Below, piece by piece: positions 9,007 to 19,087 of a stretch of 64,000 bases of DNA; the first letter of the stretch is position 1; each line of letters starts with the position of its first letter. This DNA comes from an uncultured Pseudomonadota bacterium. Its GTDB lineage: Bacteria > Myxococcota_A > Polyangia > Fen-1088. Under the pieces are notes generated by a model. It saw only the letters and a list, made by a program, of their open reading frames with translations. It was not told where the DNA came from and searched no databases. A program made the position numbers and the translations under genes. The stretch lies in the NCBI GenBank assembly GCA_963711305.1, contig CAVQDT010000005.1, forward strand, positions 662,683 through 726,682. The letters are read 5' to 3'.

Positions 9007-10871
9007 CGCGGGCCGAGCTCCGCGCGGGCGTCGTGCTCGCGATGCTTTCAGGGGCAGTCGCCGGCTGCGCGACCGAGATCGCGCGCGGCGCGGGCGACGC
9101 CGGCGAGGTCGGCGCCGCGCTCGCGCGCCTGCATGCGGGCGCGAGCGCTCCGGTCAACGCCGCGGGCGCGCCGATGGTTTACCTGGTCTACCGCGGGTCA
9201 TCCGGGCCGTCGATCGGCGCGTTCGACATGGCGCGCGGCGCGCTCGTCTGGCACCAGCCGGCCGAGCCGACCGGCCGGATCGAGGTGGGCCGGTCGGCGA
9301 TCGTGCACGCGATGCGCACGCCCGCGGGCGGCACGGTGCTGGTCGGGCGCAACGCCGCCAGCGGCGATGTGATCTGGCGCCAGGAGCTGCCCGGCGACCA
9401 GCGCCTGCACGGCTACGCGCTCGACGGCGATACTTGCTTCTACGTGGTGCGCGCGTTCTCCGACACCGGCACGCACGGCGCCGGCCGCCTGGTCGCGCTC
9501 GACGCGCGCACCGGCACCACGCGCTGGACGCACACGCTGCCGCCCGGCGACGTCGCGGCGCCCGCGGCGCGCGGCGGGGTGGTCGCGGTGCCGGTCGCGA
9601 CCCAGTACGTGATCCTGCACGACGCCGACAGCGGCGCCGAGCTGGCGCGCATCCTGTCGACCGAGCAGGCGGCGACGTTCGTGCGCACGCTGCCCGAAGG
9701 CATCTTCTTCGGATCCAAGGGCGTCTTCCGCGCGTCGGTCGACACCGCCAAGGCGTCGCACAAATCGGACGGCTACGCGCAGGCGTCGCTGCCCGCGTTC
9801 GCGCATGCGATCTACGCGCCCGACATGTACCGGGCGGAGCAGGGCGACTACTCGGCGCTCGATCGCAAGCACGTGGTGTGGCGTCCGGTCGCGGATCCGG
9901 CGGGGCGGCGCATGGCGTTCCGCGACGGCCTGGTGTTCGTGCACGACTTCCGCTTCTTCTTCGCGATCGACGCGGCGAGCGGCGCGCTGCGCTGGGCGCA
10001 CGCCGAGAAGGAGGCCGACGCGGTCGCCGCCGCGCACACCGGCGCGGCGCTGGTCTTCGTCACCGCGGACGGCGACGTGGGCGGCCTCGAGCCCGCGACC
10101 GGGCGCGTGGTCTATCGCGCGCAGATCCCCGACGCGACGATGGTGCGCGGCGCGACGTTCGACGCCGACGGGTTCGCCGGCTCGCCCGGCGAGGGCGCGG
10201 CGCCCGACCTGGCGGCGACGCTGTCGTCGATCCTGTGGGACACCGATCGCCGCTTCTCCGACGAGCTGGCGGCGTACACCGTCGCCGAGCTCGGCAAGCT
10301 GCCGGGCCGCGCGGTCACCGCCGACCTGCTCAAGGCGGTGCAGGCGCCGCCGGCGCTGCTGCCGGTGGCGGCGCGCCGCAATGCCGACGACGCGCTGGCC
10401 ACGCGGCGCGACGACGCTTCGGCCGAGCTGTTCGTCGAGGCGCTCAAGGTCCACGCCGACTACGCGGACGATACGCGTCCGACCAGCGTGGCCGCGATCG
10501 CGCGCGCGACGCTGGCGACGAAGTCCAGGCCGGTCGCGCTCGCGCTCGCCGAGCACCTGCGCCGTCCGGAGACCGACATCGACACGCTCTCGCTGATCAG
10601 CCAGGCGATCGCCGCCGCCGGCGCGGTCGAAGCGCTGCCGTTGCTGCGCGACTTCGTGTGCATGTATCGCGGCGAGCCCGCGTACGACGGCGAGCCGAAC
10701 GCGCTCACGGCGGCGGCGACCGCGCTGCTCCAGCTCGGCGGACCGGCGGAGCGCGAGCTCTTGCTGTTCATCGCCGAGGAGCCGCGCACAGTGGAGCCGT
10801 TGCGCCGACACCTGAAGCGCGCGCTGGCGACCGCGCCGGGCGCGACCGCGCTCGAGGCGCCGGGGCCGTGA
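9003..10871 (+). CDS. Lipoprotein with PQQ-like beta-propeller repeats and a C-terminal helical (HEAT-like) domain
   Basis: Lipobox AVAGC; repeats ALDARTGTTRW, AIDAASGALRW, AFDMARGALVW; ATGA overlap with the upstream gene. Confidence 0.8.
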   Translation: MTRAELRAGVVLAMLSGAVAGCATEIARGAGDAGEVGAALARLHAGASAPVNAAGAPMVYLVYRGSSGPSIGAFDMARGALVWHQPAEPTGRIEVGRSAIVHAMRTPAGGTVLVGRNAASGDVIWRQELPGDQRLHGYALDGDTCFYVVRAFSDTGTHGAGRLVALDARTGTTRWTHTLPPGDVAAPAARGGVVAVPVATQYVILHDADSGAELARILSTEQAATFVRTLPEGIFFGSKGVFRASVDTAKASHKSDGYAQASLPAFAHAIYAPDMYRAEQGDYSALDRKHVVWRPVADPAGRRMAFRDGLVFVHDFRFFFAIDAASGALRWAHAEKEADAVAAAHTGAALVFVTADGDVGGLEPATGRVVYRAQIPDATMVRGATFDADGFAGSPGEGAAPDLAATLSSILWDTDRRFSDELAAYTVAELGKLPGRAVTADLLKAVQAPPALLPVAARRNADDALATRRDDASAELFVEALKVHADYADDTRPTSVAAIARATLATKSRPVALALAEHLRRPETDIDTLSLISQAIAAAGAVEALPLLRDFVCMYRGEPAYDGEPNALTAAATALLQLGGPAERELLLFIAEEPRTVEPLRRHLKRALATAPGATALEAPGP

Positions 10872-11234
10872 GCGAGGCGCGCCGGCGATTCACCGTGATG
10901 GTCTGCCGGGGGCCGACCTGCGGCGACGCGCGAAACTCGGCCGCGCTCACGGCCCAGCTGCGCGAGACGGTCGCGAACGCGCGGCCTGGAGGAGCAGATC
11001 ACCGTCGCCGAGGAGACCTGCTTCGGGCATTGCCTGCGCGGCCCCAACATCCTCGTGTACGACACCGACGAGATGAAGGGGACGCGCGTCTACGGGCCGG
11101 GGGCGGGCGCGTCGTCGGCGGTGCTCTACAACCGCATGACCGGCGCGGACCTCGCGCGGATCATCGACCGTCACCTGGTGGGCGGGATGGTGGTGCGGCC
11201 GCTGCTCAATCGCCTGCCCGCCAAGGATCCGTGA
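10868..11234 (+). CDS. Thioredoxin-like [2Fe-2S] ferredoxin (frameshift near 10985)
   Basis: VCRGPTC ... TCFGHCLRGPN ... LYNRMT ... RIIDRHLVGG read across two frames. Confidence 0.8.
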
Positions 11235-11321
11235 ATGGAGTCGCCGGGTCCTACCCCTACCGACCGCCCCGGAAGTTCGTACTTGCGTGCCGAGGAGAAA
11301 TCGCCACAATCAAAGGCCATT

Positions 11322-11914
11322 ATGCTGACCGATACCCGTTTTTTCGCGTTGGCCCTGGTGGTGTTGGCCGGCATCGGCGCCTGTACCAAAGAGGATGACG
11401 GGCTCGCCGCCAAGCTCAACGAGACGAGCAACAAGGTGATCGCCTGCCAGAAGGATCTGGGCGAGGCGAGGGATCAGATCGCGTCGCTCAAGCGACAGCT
11501 CGCGCAGGCGATCGCTGAGCCGTCGAAGGTGCAGCTCACCGATCCGGACATCATCGAGCTCGTGGCCTCGCGCAAGAAGGCGGCCGCGGCGCCGCAGGCC
11601 GAGGGCGACGTGACCCCGACGCTGAACCCGAAAGAGGCGAGCCGCATCGTCATGCAGGGCGCGTCGGCGATGCAGCAGTGCTACGAGCGCGCGCTGAAGA
11701 AGAACGCCTCGCTGCAGTACAAGTCGGGGCTGGGCGTGACGCTGGGTATCACGGTCAAGCCGACCGGACAGGTCGAGACCGTCGACGTCAACCCCAGCGT
11801 CGACAAGGACATGACCCAGTGCTTTAAGACCACGGTCTGCGCTGGAAGTTCCCCAGCTTCACCGGCACCGCGGTCACCATCGAGCAGCGCCTGACGCTGA
11901 CGCCGAAGACCTGA
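11322..11914 (+). CDS. Lipoprotein with coiled coil and AgmX/PglI (TonB-C-like) C-terminal domain (frameshift near 11838)
   Basis: Lipobox IGAC; QQCYERALKKN...ITVKPTGQV...QCF...RWKFP pattern. Confidence 0.75.
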
Positions 11915-11940
11915 GCGGCCGCTGCGCTCGAACAACGGCG

Positions 11941-11968
11941 TTGCAATCGCCCTCGGGGCGCGTAGTCT
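11941..11968 (+). promoter_or_regulatory. Possible sigma70 promoter of iscS-mnmA
   Basis: TTGCAA-16 nt-TAGTCT. Confidence 0.4.
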
Positions 11969-12040
11969 CTCGACCGATTCATTCCGGTCCCCTGCCCCCG
12001 CGGACGGGGCGAGAGGGACAGGAATGAGAGCAGCGACACC

Positions 12041-14354
12041 GTGGCCTCTGACGCAGCCGTCAAACTCCCTGATTTATCTCGACCACGCGGCCACGGCGCC
12101 GATCCGCCCGGAGGTCGCTGCGGCCATGCAGGCGGCGCTCGCGGAGCTCGGCCGGGAATCCGTCGAGCGTGCACGCGGCGGGGCGCCGCGCGCGCACCGC
12201 GGTCGAGAACGCGCGCGCCGAGGTCGCGCGCCTGGTCGGCGCGCTGCCCGAGGAGATCGTCTTCACCTCGGGCGGCACCGAAGGGCGACAACCTCGCGGT
12301 GCGCGGGCTGGCGCTGGCGGCGCGTGCGGCGCGCGCCTCCGCCGGCGCCGGCCACGTCATCTCGTCGCCGCTCGAGCACCCCGCGGTGCTGGGCGCGCTC
12401 GCCGCGCTCGAGCGCGACGGATTCGCGGTCACCCGCCTGGCCGTCGATGCGCGCGGGCGCATCGATCCGCAGGACCTGCGCGCGGCGCTGCGCCCCGACA
12501 CCGTGCTGGTCTCGCTGGCCACCGCGAATCACGAGCTCGGCAATCTCTATCCGATCGCCGAGCTCGCGGCGATCGCGCGCGCCGCGGGCGCGCTCTTTCA
12601 CACCGACGCGGTCGCCGCGGCCGGGCGCATTCCCTTCGACGTGCGCGCGCTGGGCGTCGACGCCGCGACCCTCTCGGCGCACAAGATCGAAGGCCCGGCC
12701 GGCGCCGGCGCGCTCTACCTGCGGCGCGGCGTCGCGCTCGATTCATGGCTCGAGGGCGGCCACCAGGAGCGCGAGCGCCGCCCGGGCACCGAGAACGTCG
12801 CCGGCATCGTCGGGTTCGGCGTGGCGGCGCGGCTCGCCGCCGAGGAGCTCGGCGCGACCGCCGCGCGCGTGTCTCGCGCTGCGCGCGCGTCTCGAGCGCG
12901 GGCTCGCGTCGATCGCGGGCGCGTCGATCCACGGCGACACCGACCCGCAAGGGCGGCTGCCCGGAACGACCAACGTCGGGTTCGACGGCGCGACCGGCCA
13001 GCTGGTCGCGATCGGGCTCGACCTCGAAGGGATCTGCGTCTCGACCGGCGCCGCGTGCAGCTCGGGCTCGCTCGAGCCGTCGCCGGTGCTGCGCGCGCTC
13101 GGTCTGGCCGCCGACCGCGCCGCCCAGGCGGTGCGCATCACGCTCGGTCGCACGACGACCGAGGAGCACATCGATCGCCTGCTCGACGTGCTGCCCGGCA
13201 TCGTCGCGCGCGTGCGCGCCGCGAACCAGGACGCCGCTCCGCCGACCGCGCTCGCGCACGCCGCGGCGCGCCGGCCCCGGATCGCGGTGGCGATGTCGGG
13301 CGGCGTCGATTCGTCGACGGCGGCGGCGATGCTGCTCGAAGCCGGCGCCGAGGTCGTGGGCGTGACGCTCAAGCTCTACGACGCCTCGGGGACGTCGGCC
13401 AGCATCGGCGGGCGCTGCTGCGGTCCGCGCGACATCGAGGACGCGCGCGCGACCGCCGCGCAGCTCGGCTTCCCGCACTACGTGATCAACGAGACCGAGA
13501 CCTTTCGCCGCGCGGTGATCGACGACTTCATCGACGAGCATCGGGTCGGGCGCACGCCCAACCCGTGCGTGCGCTGCAACGAGCGGCTCAAGTTCGCGCC
13601 GCTGGTGCGCTTCGCCCACGCCATCGGCGCCGACGCGCTCGCCACCGGCCACTACGCGCGCCTCGTCCCCGCGGCCGAGGAGGGCGGCGCGGCGCCGCGG
13701 CTCTTGCGCGCGCTCGACCGCGACAAGGACCAGTCGTACTTCCTGTTCGGCGTGCGGCCCGAGGTCTTCGACCGCGTGATCTTTCCGCTCGGCGACAAGA
13801 CCAAGGACGAGGTGCGCGCCATCGCGCGCCGCGCCGGCCTGCCCAACGCCGACAAGCCCGACTCGCAGCAGATCTGCTTCATCCCCGACGGCGATCATCG
13901 CGCCTACGTCGAAGCGCACGGCGGCGCCGGCGCGCCGGGCGCGATCGTCGACGAGGCGGGCGCCGAGCTCGCGGCCCACGACGGCACCCACCACTTCACC
14001 GTCGGCCAGCGGCGCGGCGTGCCGGCGGCGGGCGGCGGCGAGCGGCGCTTCGTGGTCCGCATCGATGCCGCCACCGGGCGGGTCGTCGTCGGCCCGCGGT
14101 CGAGCCTGGCGCGCCGCGCGCTCCGCGTCTCCGACGTGCGCTGGATGCGCGAGCGGCCGCCCGCGACCTGGCCGCTGCGCTGCGCGGTCCAGATCCGCCA
14201 CCACGCCGCCGCGCTGCCCGGCTGGATCACCGAGCCGGCCGACGGCGCGGCCGTCACCGTCGAGCTCGACGGTCCCGCCGACGGTGTCGCGCCCGGCCAG
14301 GCCGCCGTGTTCTACGACGGCGAGGCCGTGCTCGGCGGCGGCTGGATCGACTGA
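12041..14354 (+). CDS. mnmA: Cysteine desulfurase (IscS/NifS class I) fused to tRNA 2-thiouridylase MnmA (frameshifts within the desulfurase half)
   Basis: [47 protein letters not shown], then in frame [53 protein letters not shown]. Confidence 0.88.
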
Positions 14355-14394
14355 AGAGGCCCTAGGCCCTTTCTCCTGTCAGGCTTCGCTCCTG

Positions 14395-14826
14395 TCAGGC
14401 TTCGCCGCTCTGCATGTTCGCGGCTGAAATCGCCGCCGCGATGACCTCGCTGGGCGAGGTGTTCCGCTCGCGCGCGCGGACCGCGGTGATCGCGTCCTCG
14501 AGCTCGCCGCGGTCGAGGAAGATGCCGTGGCAGGTGCCGCAGTAGTCGACGTGGACCTTGCCGAGCAGAACCTCGGACAGCTGGCCCTCGCACGCGGGAC
14601 AGGGCGCCTTGTTCTCGGTCGGGACCGGCGGCGGCCCGGACGAGCCGCGGAGCAGATTCCGCAGCCGCGCGAGATCTCTTTCGGGCAGCTGGGCGGCGCG
14701 GGTGATCTCTCCGCGATCGAGCCAGAGGCCCCCACACTTCGGACAGAGGTCGACCTCCAGTCCCTGGAACGTCGCTCGGTCGAGGATGGAGTTGCACTTC
14801 ACACAACAGAGATTCGCCTGACCCAT
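14395..14826 (-). CDS. Tandem zf-TFIIB zinc-ribbon protein
   Basis: Two CxxC...D(L/Y)CxxCxG(L/I)(W/F)LDRGE units; start MGQANLCCVKC. Confidence 0.8.
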   Translation of the reverse strand: MGQANLCCVKCNSILDRATFQGLEVDLCPKCGGLWLDRGEITRAAQLPERDLARLRNLLRGSSGPPPVPTENKAPCPACEGQLSEVLLGKVHVDYCGTCHGIFLDRGELEDAITAVRARERNTSPSEVIAAAISAANMQSGEA

Positions 14827-14927
14827 GGGCGCCCATTTTAACCGCGTGGGCCAGCTTCGGTCCAGAGGGGCGACGACACCGTCGTGTCTCCGTTCCGTCG
14901 GGGGTGGTCGGTGGTAAGTTAGAGCCG

Positions 14928-15654
14928 ATGAGCGCATCGGAACTCGGCCGGCTACGGCGTCCTCGAGAGCCGGATCGGGTATACCTTCCGCGACCGCACC
15001 CTGTGCGAGTCCGCACTGACGCACAAGTCCTGGCTGAACGAGCGCCACGGCTCGACGCGAACCGACAACGAACGGCTCGAGTTCCTGGGCGACGCCGTGC
15101 TCGCGCTCGCGGTGAGCGACATGCTCATGAAGCGGTTCCCCGACCGTTCCGAGGGCGAGCTTTCCAAGACGCGCGCCGCGCTGGTCAGCGAGGTCGGGCT
15201 CGCCAAGGCGGCTGAAGGGATGGGCCTCGGCGAGTGGATCTTCCTCGGGCGCGGCGAGGACCAGGCCGGCGGGCGGCGCAAGCCGTCGATCCTCTCGGAT
15301 GCGCTCGAGGCCCTGGTGGGCGCGGTCTACCTCGACGGCGGCTTCACCGCCGCGCACGAGGTCACGGAGCGACTGTTCGCCGAGGCGCTGCGCGACGCGG
15401 ACAGCTCGGTGCGCTTCGACTTCAAGTCGCGGCTGCAGGAGCGCTCGCAGGCGCTGCTCCAGGCCACGCCGCAGTACACCGTCGTCGGCCAGGAAGGGCC
15501 CGACCACGACCGCCGCTTCCTGGTGGCGATCCTGCTCGACGGCCGTGAGTACGGGCGCGCGCAGGGGCGTTCGAAGAAGGAGGCCGAGCAGAGCGCGGCC
15601 GCCCAGGCGCTGGAGTTGCTCGACCGCGGTACGCCTCCCACTGGAGACGCATGA
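14928..15654 (+). CDS. rnc: Ribonuclease III (5' frameshift near 14950)
   Basis: ALTHKS, NERLEFLGDAVL, SEGELSKTRAAL, DALEALVGAVYLDGG; dsRBD DFKSRLQE...GRSKKEAEQSAA. Confidence 0.93.
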
Positions 15655-17072
15655 CCAGCGGGCTCGCGACCGCGACCACCGTCGACCGAAGCCGCATCCC
15701 CGCCGAGGTCGTCGCTCTCTGCCGGCGCCTGCGCGACGCCGGCCACGAGGCGCACCTGGTGGGCGGCGGCATTCGCGACCTGCTGCTCGGGCGCAAGCCG
15801 GCCGACTTCGACGTCGCGACCAGCGCGCGGCCCGACGAGGTCCTGTCGCTGTTCGGGTCGACGTTCGCGATCCCGACTGGCCTCCAGCACGGCACGGTGA
15901 CCGTGCTGGTCGGGCAGGGCGAGTCGCGCCACGCCGTCGAGGTGACGACCTTTCGCGGCGAGGGCGAGTACCTCGACGGTCGGCGGCCGTCGTCGGTCAG
16001 CTACGTCTCGTCGCTGGCCGAGGATCTCTCGCGCCGCGACTTCACGATGAACGCCGTCGGGTACGATCCGCTCGACGATCGCTTGACCGATCCGTTCGAC
16101 GGCCGCGGCGATCTTCAGCGCCGGTTGATTCGCGCGGTCGGCGATCCGCTGCAGCGTTTCCGCGAGGACGGCCTGCGGCCCATGCGCGCGGTGCGCCAGG
16201 CGACCCAGCTCGAGTTCACCATCGATCCGCCGACGCTGGCGGCGATCGGCGAGACGCTCGAGGTCTTCCGCAAGGTCTCCGTCGAGCGCATCCGCGACGA
16301 GCTCTTCAAGCTGCTGGCGGGACCGAAGCCGTCGTACGGCCTCGAGCTGATGCGCACGACCGGGCTCCTGGGCGAGGTGCTGCCCGAGCTGCTGGAAGGC
16401 GTCGGCGTCACCCAGAACCGCTTCCACAAGTTCGACGTCTATCACCACACGCTCGCGGTGGTCGACAACACGCACGGCGAGCGCGATCGGCTGTCGGTTC
16501 TGCGGCTCGGCGCGCTCCTGCACGACGTGGGCAAGCCGCGCGCGCGGGTGCCGCGCGAGGGTGCGCCCGGCGAGTTCAGCTTCTTCAAGCACGAATACGT
16601 GGGCGCCGACATGGCGGACGCGATCGGGCGCCGGCTGAAGCTGTCGGTCGACGACCGCGAGCGCATCGTCGCGATGGTGGCGAATCACATGTTCTTCTAT
16701 TCGCCCGACTGGACCGACGGCACCGTGCGCCGGTTCGTGCGCCGGGTCGGCGGCGACGTGCTCCCGGCGCTGTTCGCGCTGCGCGAGGGGGACATCGCGG
16801 GGCGCGGCTTCGGTGAGGACCCCGACGTCGAGCTCGGCGAGCTGCGCCGCCGCATCGCCGAGGTGGCGGCCAGCGACGCGGCGTTGCACATCACCGACCT
16901 CGCGATCGACGGCAAGGAGGTGATGCGGATCCTCGGCATCGCTCCGGGCCGTATCGTCGGCGTGGTGCTGGAGCGATTGCTCGAGCGTGTGATCGACGAC
17001 CCCGCGCTGAACGACGCCGGCCGCCTGGCTGCGCTGGTCCCCGAAGTGGCGCGCGAACCTCCGCCGGGTTAG
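15651..17072 (+). CDS. tRNA nucleotidyltransferase (CCA/A-adding class II) with HD domain
   Basis: LVGGGIRDLL, DFDVAT, EVTTFR, EDLSRRDFTMNA, RFREDGLR, LLHDVGKP. Confidence 0.9.
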   Translation: MTSGLATATTVDRSRIPAEVVALCRRLRDAGHEAHLVGGGIRDLLLGRKPADFDVATSARPDEVLSLFGSTFAIPTGLQHGTVTVLVGQGESRHAVEVTTFRGEGEYLDGRRPSSVSYVSSLAEDLSRRDFTMNAVGYDPLDDRLTDPFDGRGDLQRRLIRAVGDPLQRFREDGLRPMRAVRQATQLEFTIDPPTLAAIGETLEVFRKVSVERIRDELFKLLAGPKPSYGLELMRTTGLLGEVLPELLEGVGVTQNRFHKFDVYHHTLAVVDNTHGERDRLSVLRLGALLHDVGKPRARVPREGAPGEFSFFKHEYVGADMADAIGRRLKLSVDDRERIVAMVANHMFFYSPDWTDGTVRRFVRRVGGDVLPALFALREGDIAGRGFGEDPDVELGELRRRIAEVAASDAALHITDLAIDGKEVMRILGIAPGRIVGVVLERLLERVIDDPALNDAGRLAALVPEVAREPPPG

Positions 17073-17107
17073 GAGCTCGCGTTGCCGATCACGGCAACGT
17101 GAGCGTA

Positions 17108-17134
17108 ACGTCAACGTATCGTCGACGTTGACGT
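17108..17134. terminator. Hairpin between convergent genes
   Basis: ACGTCAACGT-7 nt-ACGTTGACGT perfect 10-bp inverted repeat; no U-tract. Confidence 0.45.
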
Positions 17135-17816
17135 CTAGGGCCGCGGCTGGAGCGCGGCGATCAGCTCGGCCGCCGAGGTGACGGCTCGGGTCTCGCGCTC
17201 GGCCTTCGCCGAGCTGCCCAGCATCTCGGTGCGACGCCGGATCACGGTCACCTCGGGATCGAACACCGCCAGCGTCTCGATTGACGGCGTGCCGGCACGC
17301 GCCGGGATCGCCGGCTCCGAGCGCGCCGACCGCGCGACCGACATGACGAAGGGCAGGCGCACGCCGATGCGCCGCTTTCGCCCGCTCCCGCGCAGGGTGA
17401 CCGCCACCGCGAGCGGCGGATGGTCGTAGCGCTCGAGCGACTCGATGTTCGCGAGGTGCGGCAGGCTCATGTGGCGCGCGACCGATGCGGTCAGCGCGCC
17501 CAGCCCCTCGGTGTCGCTGCGTGCGCCGCCCAGGATCAGGTCGGCGCCCAGTGTGCGCGCCGCGCTGCCCAGGACCTGGCCCAGCGTGTGGAAGTCGGCG
17601 GCGGCGAAGCTCTCGCCGCTCACGCGCGCCGCGCGATCGACGCCGCAGGCCCAGGCCGCCTCGAGCGCCGCGGTTTTCGTCCTTGGTGCCGGCCATCAGC
17701 GCCACGACCTCGGTGTCCTCGCCCAGGCTACGCGCCAGGCGCAGTGCCTCGCGATCGTTCGCCGTGAGCGGCGACCCGCCCGGCGGCGCGGCGTGGATGC
17801 AGACGATGACCTTCAA
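17135..17816 (-). CDS. Divergent electron transfer flavoprotein beta-like protein (frameshift near 17670)
   Basis: MKVIVCI, DREALRLA, ACGVDRAARV, ADLILGGARSDTEG, VRLPFVMSV resemble EtfB. Confidence 0.65.
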
Positions 17817-17871
17817 CGGACGACCTGTCCGGCGCCGCTCTCGCGCCCTGCGCGCCGCCGCCCCGTGCCCG

Positions 17872-18860
17872 TCATCGGGAAGTGCTCCACGCTGCCACCA
17901 GCTCGGACCACGCCTCGGTCTCCGCTCCTGCCTTCCAGACGACGTCGGGTCCCACCCGTCCAGGCGCGCCGTCGTTCGCTGCTCCGGCGCCGTCGAGCTC
18001 GACGACCCCGATCGCCGTCCGGGGTGACACGCCGATCTCGGTGACGGCAGCGACGTCGCCCGCGTTCAACACCCGCTCCGGCGACGCCGCGGCCAGCGCT
18101 CGCGGCGCCGTGCTGTCGTCGACGACCGCGACCCCAGCCGGAGCGCTCGCACGCAGCCGCGCCGCGACCTCGGGCGGTACCCGCGGCCCCAGCACGACCA
18201 GCCCGCGCGCCTGCGCGACCGCGTCCAGGTCGTCGGGCTCGGACGCCAGCTCCGACAGCGGCGGGTCGGCTGGCGGGGTGCAGGTAATCACTTCGACGTC
18301 GATGTCGGACGTACCGTCCTCGCGCGGCGTCCCGTGGGCGCCGAGGATCGCCACCACCGGCCGTTCGATCTCGACGGGATCCAGCTGGCGGTAGCCGGAT
18401 CGATCGGCGCGCCAGCGGCGTAGATTGATGCGCCCCACGCCGTCGGCCAGCGGGCCGGCCTCTTCGGACAGCACGATGTCGACCGCGGGCGCGTAGGCGG
18501 CGCCCAGGCGCATCGCCAGCGACGGGCCGAGCTCGTCGCCTGGACCACCGGTCGGGAACAGCACGACGATGGGCGGAACCCGCTCGACGGCGGTGTAGAG
18601 CGCCGGGCCATGGGTCGCGTCGAGGGGCGGGGCCCCCAGCCCGGCCGCCTCGCATACCAGGACCCGGTCGGCGCCGGCGCGGCCGAGCGCATCGGCGAGC
18701 GACTCGAGCCCCGCACTGGCCTGCGGCTCGTCGAGCACCAGCGCGAAGACCGTCAGACCAGCCGCGTGCGCGATCCGTCGCGCTTCGGAGAGCGCGAACA
18801 ACGAGGTGGGCGTGGCGGCACCGTCGCGGCGGTCGATGTAGACGATGAGGTTGGGCAGGG
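17872..18860 (-). CDS. Divergent electron transfer flavoprotein alpha-like protein (start uncertain)
   Basis: NLIVYID...TSLFALSEARRIA, LGRAGADRVL, VVLFPTG...ELGPSLAMRLG resemble the EtfA N-domain; FAD-binding signature not recognisable. Confidence 0.6.
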
Positions 18861-18917
18861 GCGCACCCTTTGGAAAAGGCCTTCCCTATCATGCACACGA
18901 CCGACGCGGGCTGTCCA

Positions 18918-18974
18918 TTGACCTCGGACGATTGCCCTCCGAGAATTGACCGCCGATCCGGCGGTGACCATAAT
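18918..18974 (+). promoter_or_regulatory. Tandem sigma70-type promoters for the TPR operon
   Basis: TTGACC-17-GAGAAT (18918-18946) and TTGACC-17-CATAAT (18946-18974). Confidence 0.6.
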
Positions 18975-19013
18975 AGTTCACTCCTCGCGTCGCTTTCGCA
19001 TCAGCTTTTTGTC

Positions 19014-19087
19014 TTTGTCCCTTCCTTCGCTTCTATTCTTGTCCCTCGCTTCGCTTCTATCTTTGTCCCTCGCTTCGCTTCGCTTCG
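19014..19087 (+). repeat. 3 x 24-bp pyrimidine-rich tandem repeat
   Basis: TGTCCC at 19016, 19040 and 19064; unit approx. TTTGTCCCTCGCTTCGCTTCTATC. Confidence 0.8.

Noticed and set aside
8274-10871. Apparent 865-aa HEAT-PQQ fusion
   Set aside because: The intervening segment is out-of-frame junk; the lipoprotein has its own RBS, ATG (9003) and lipobox
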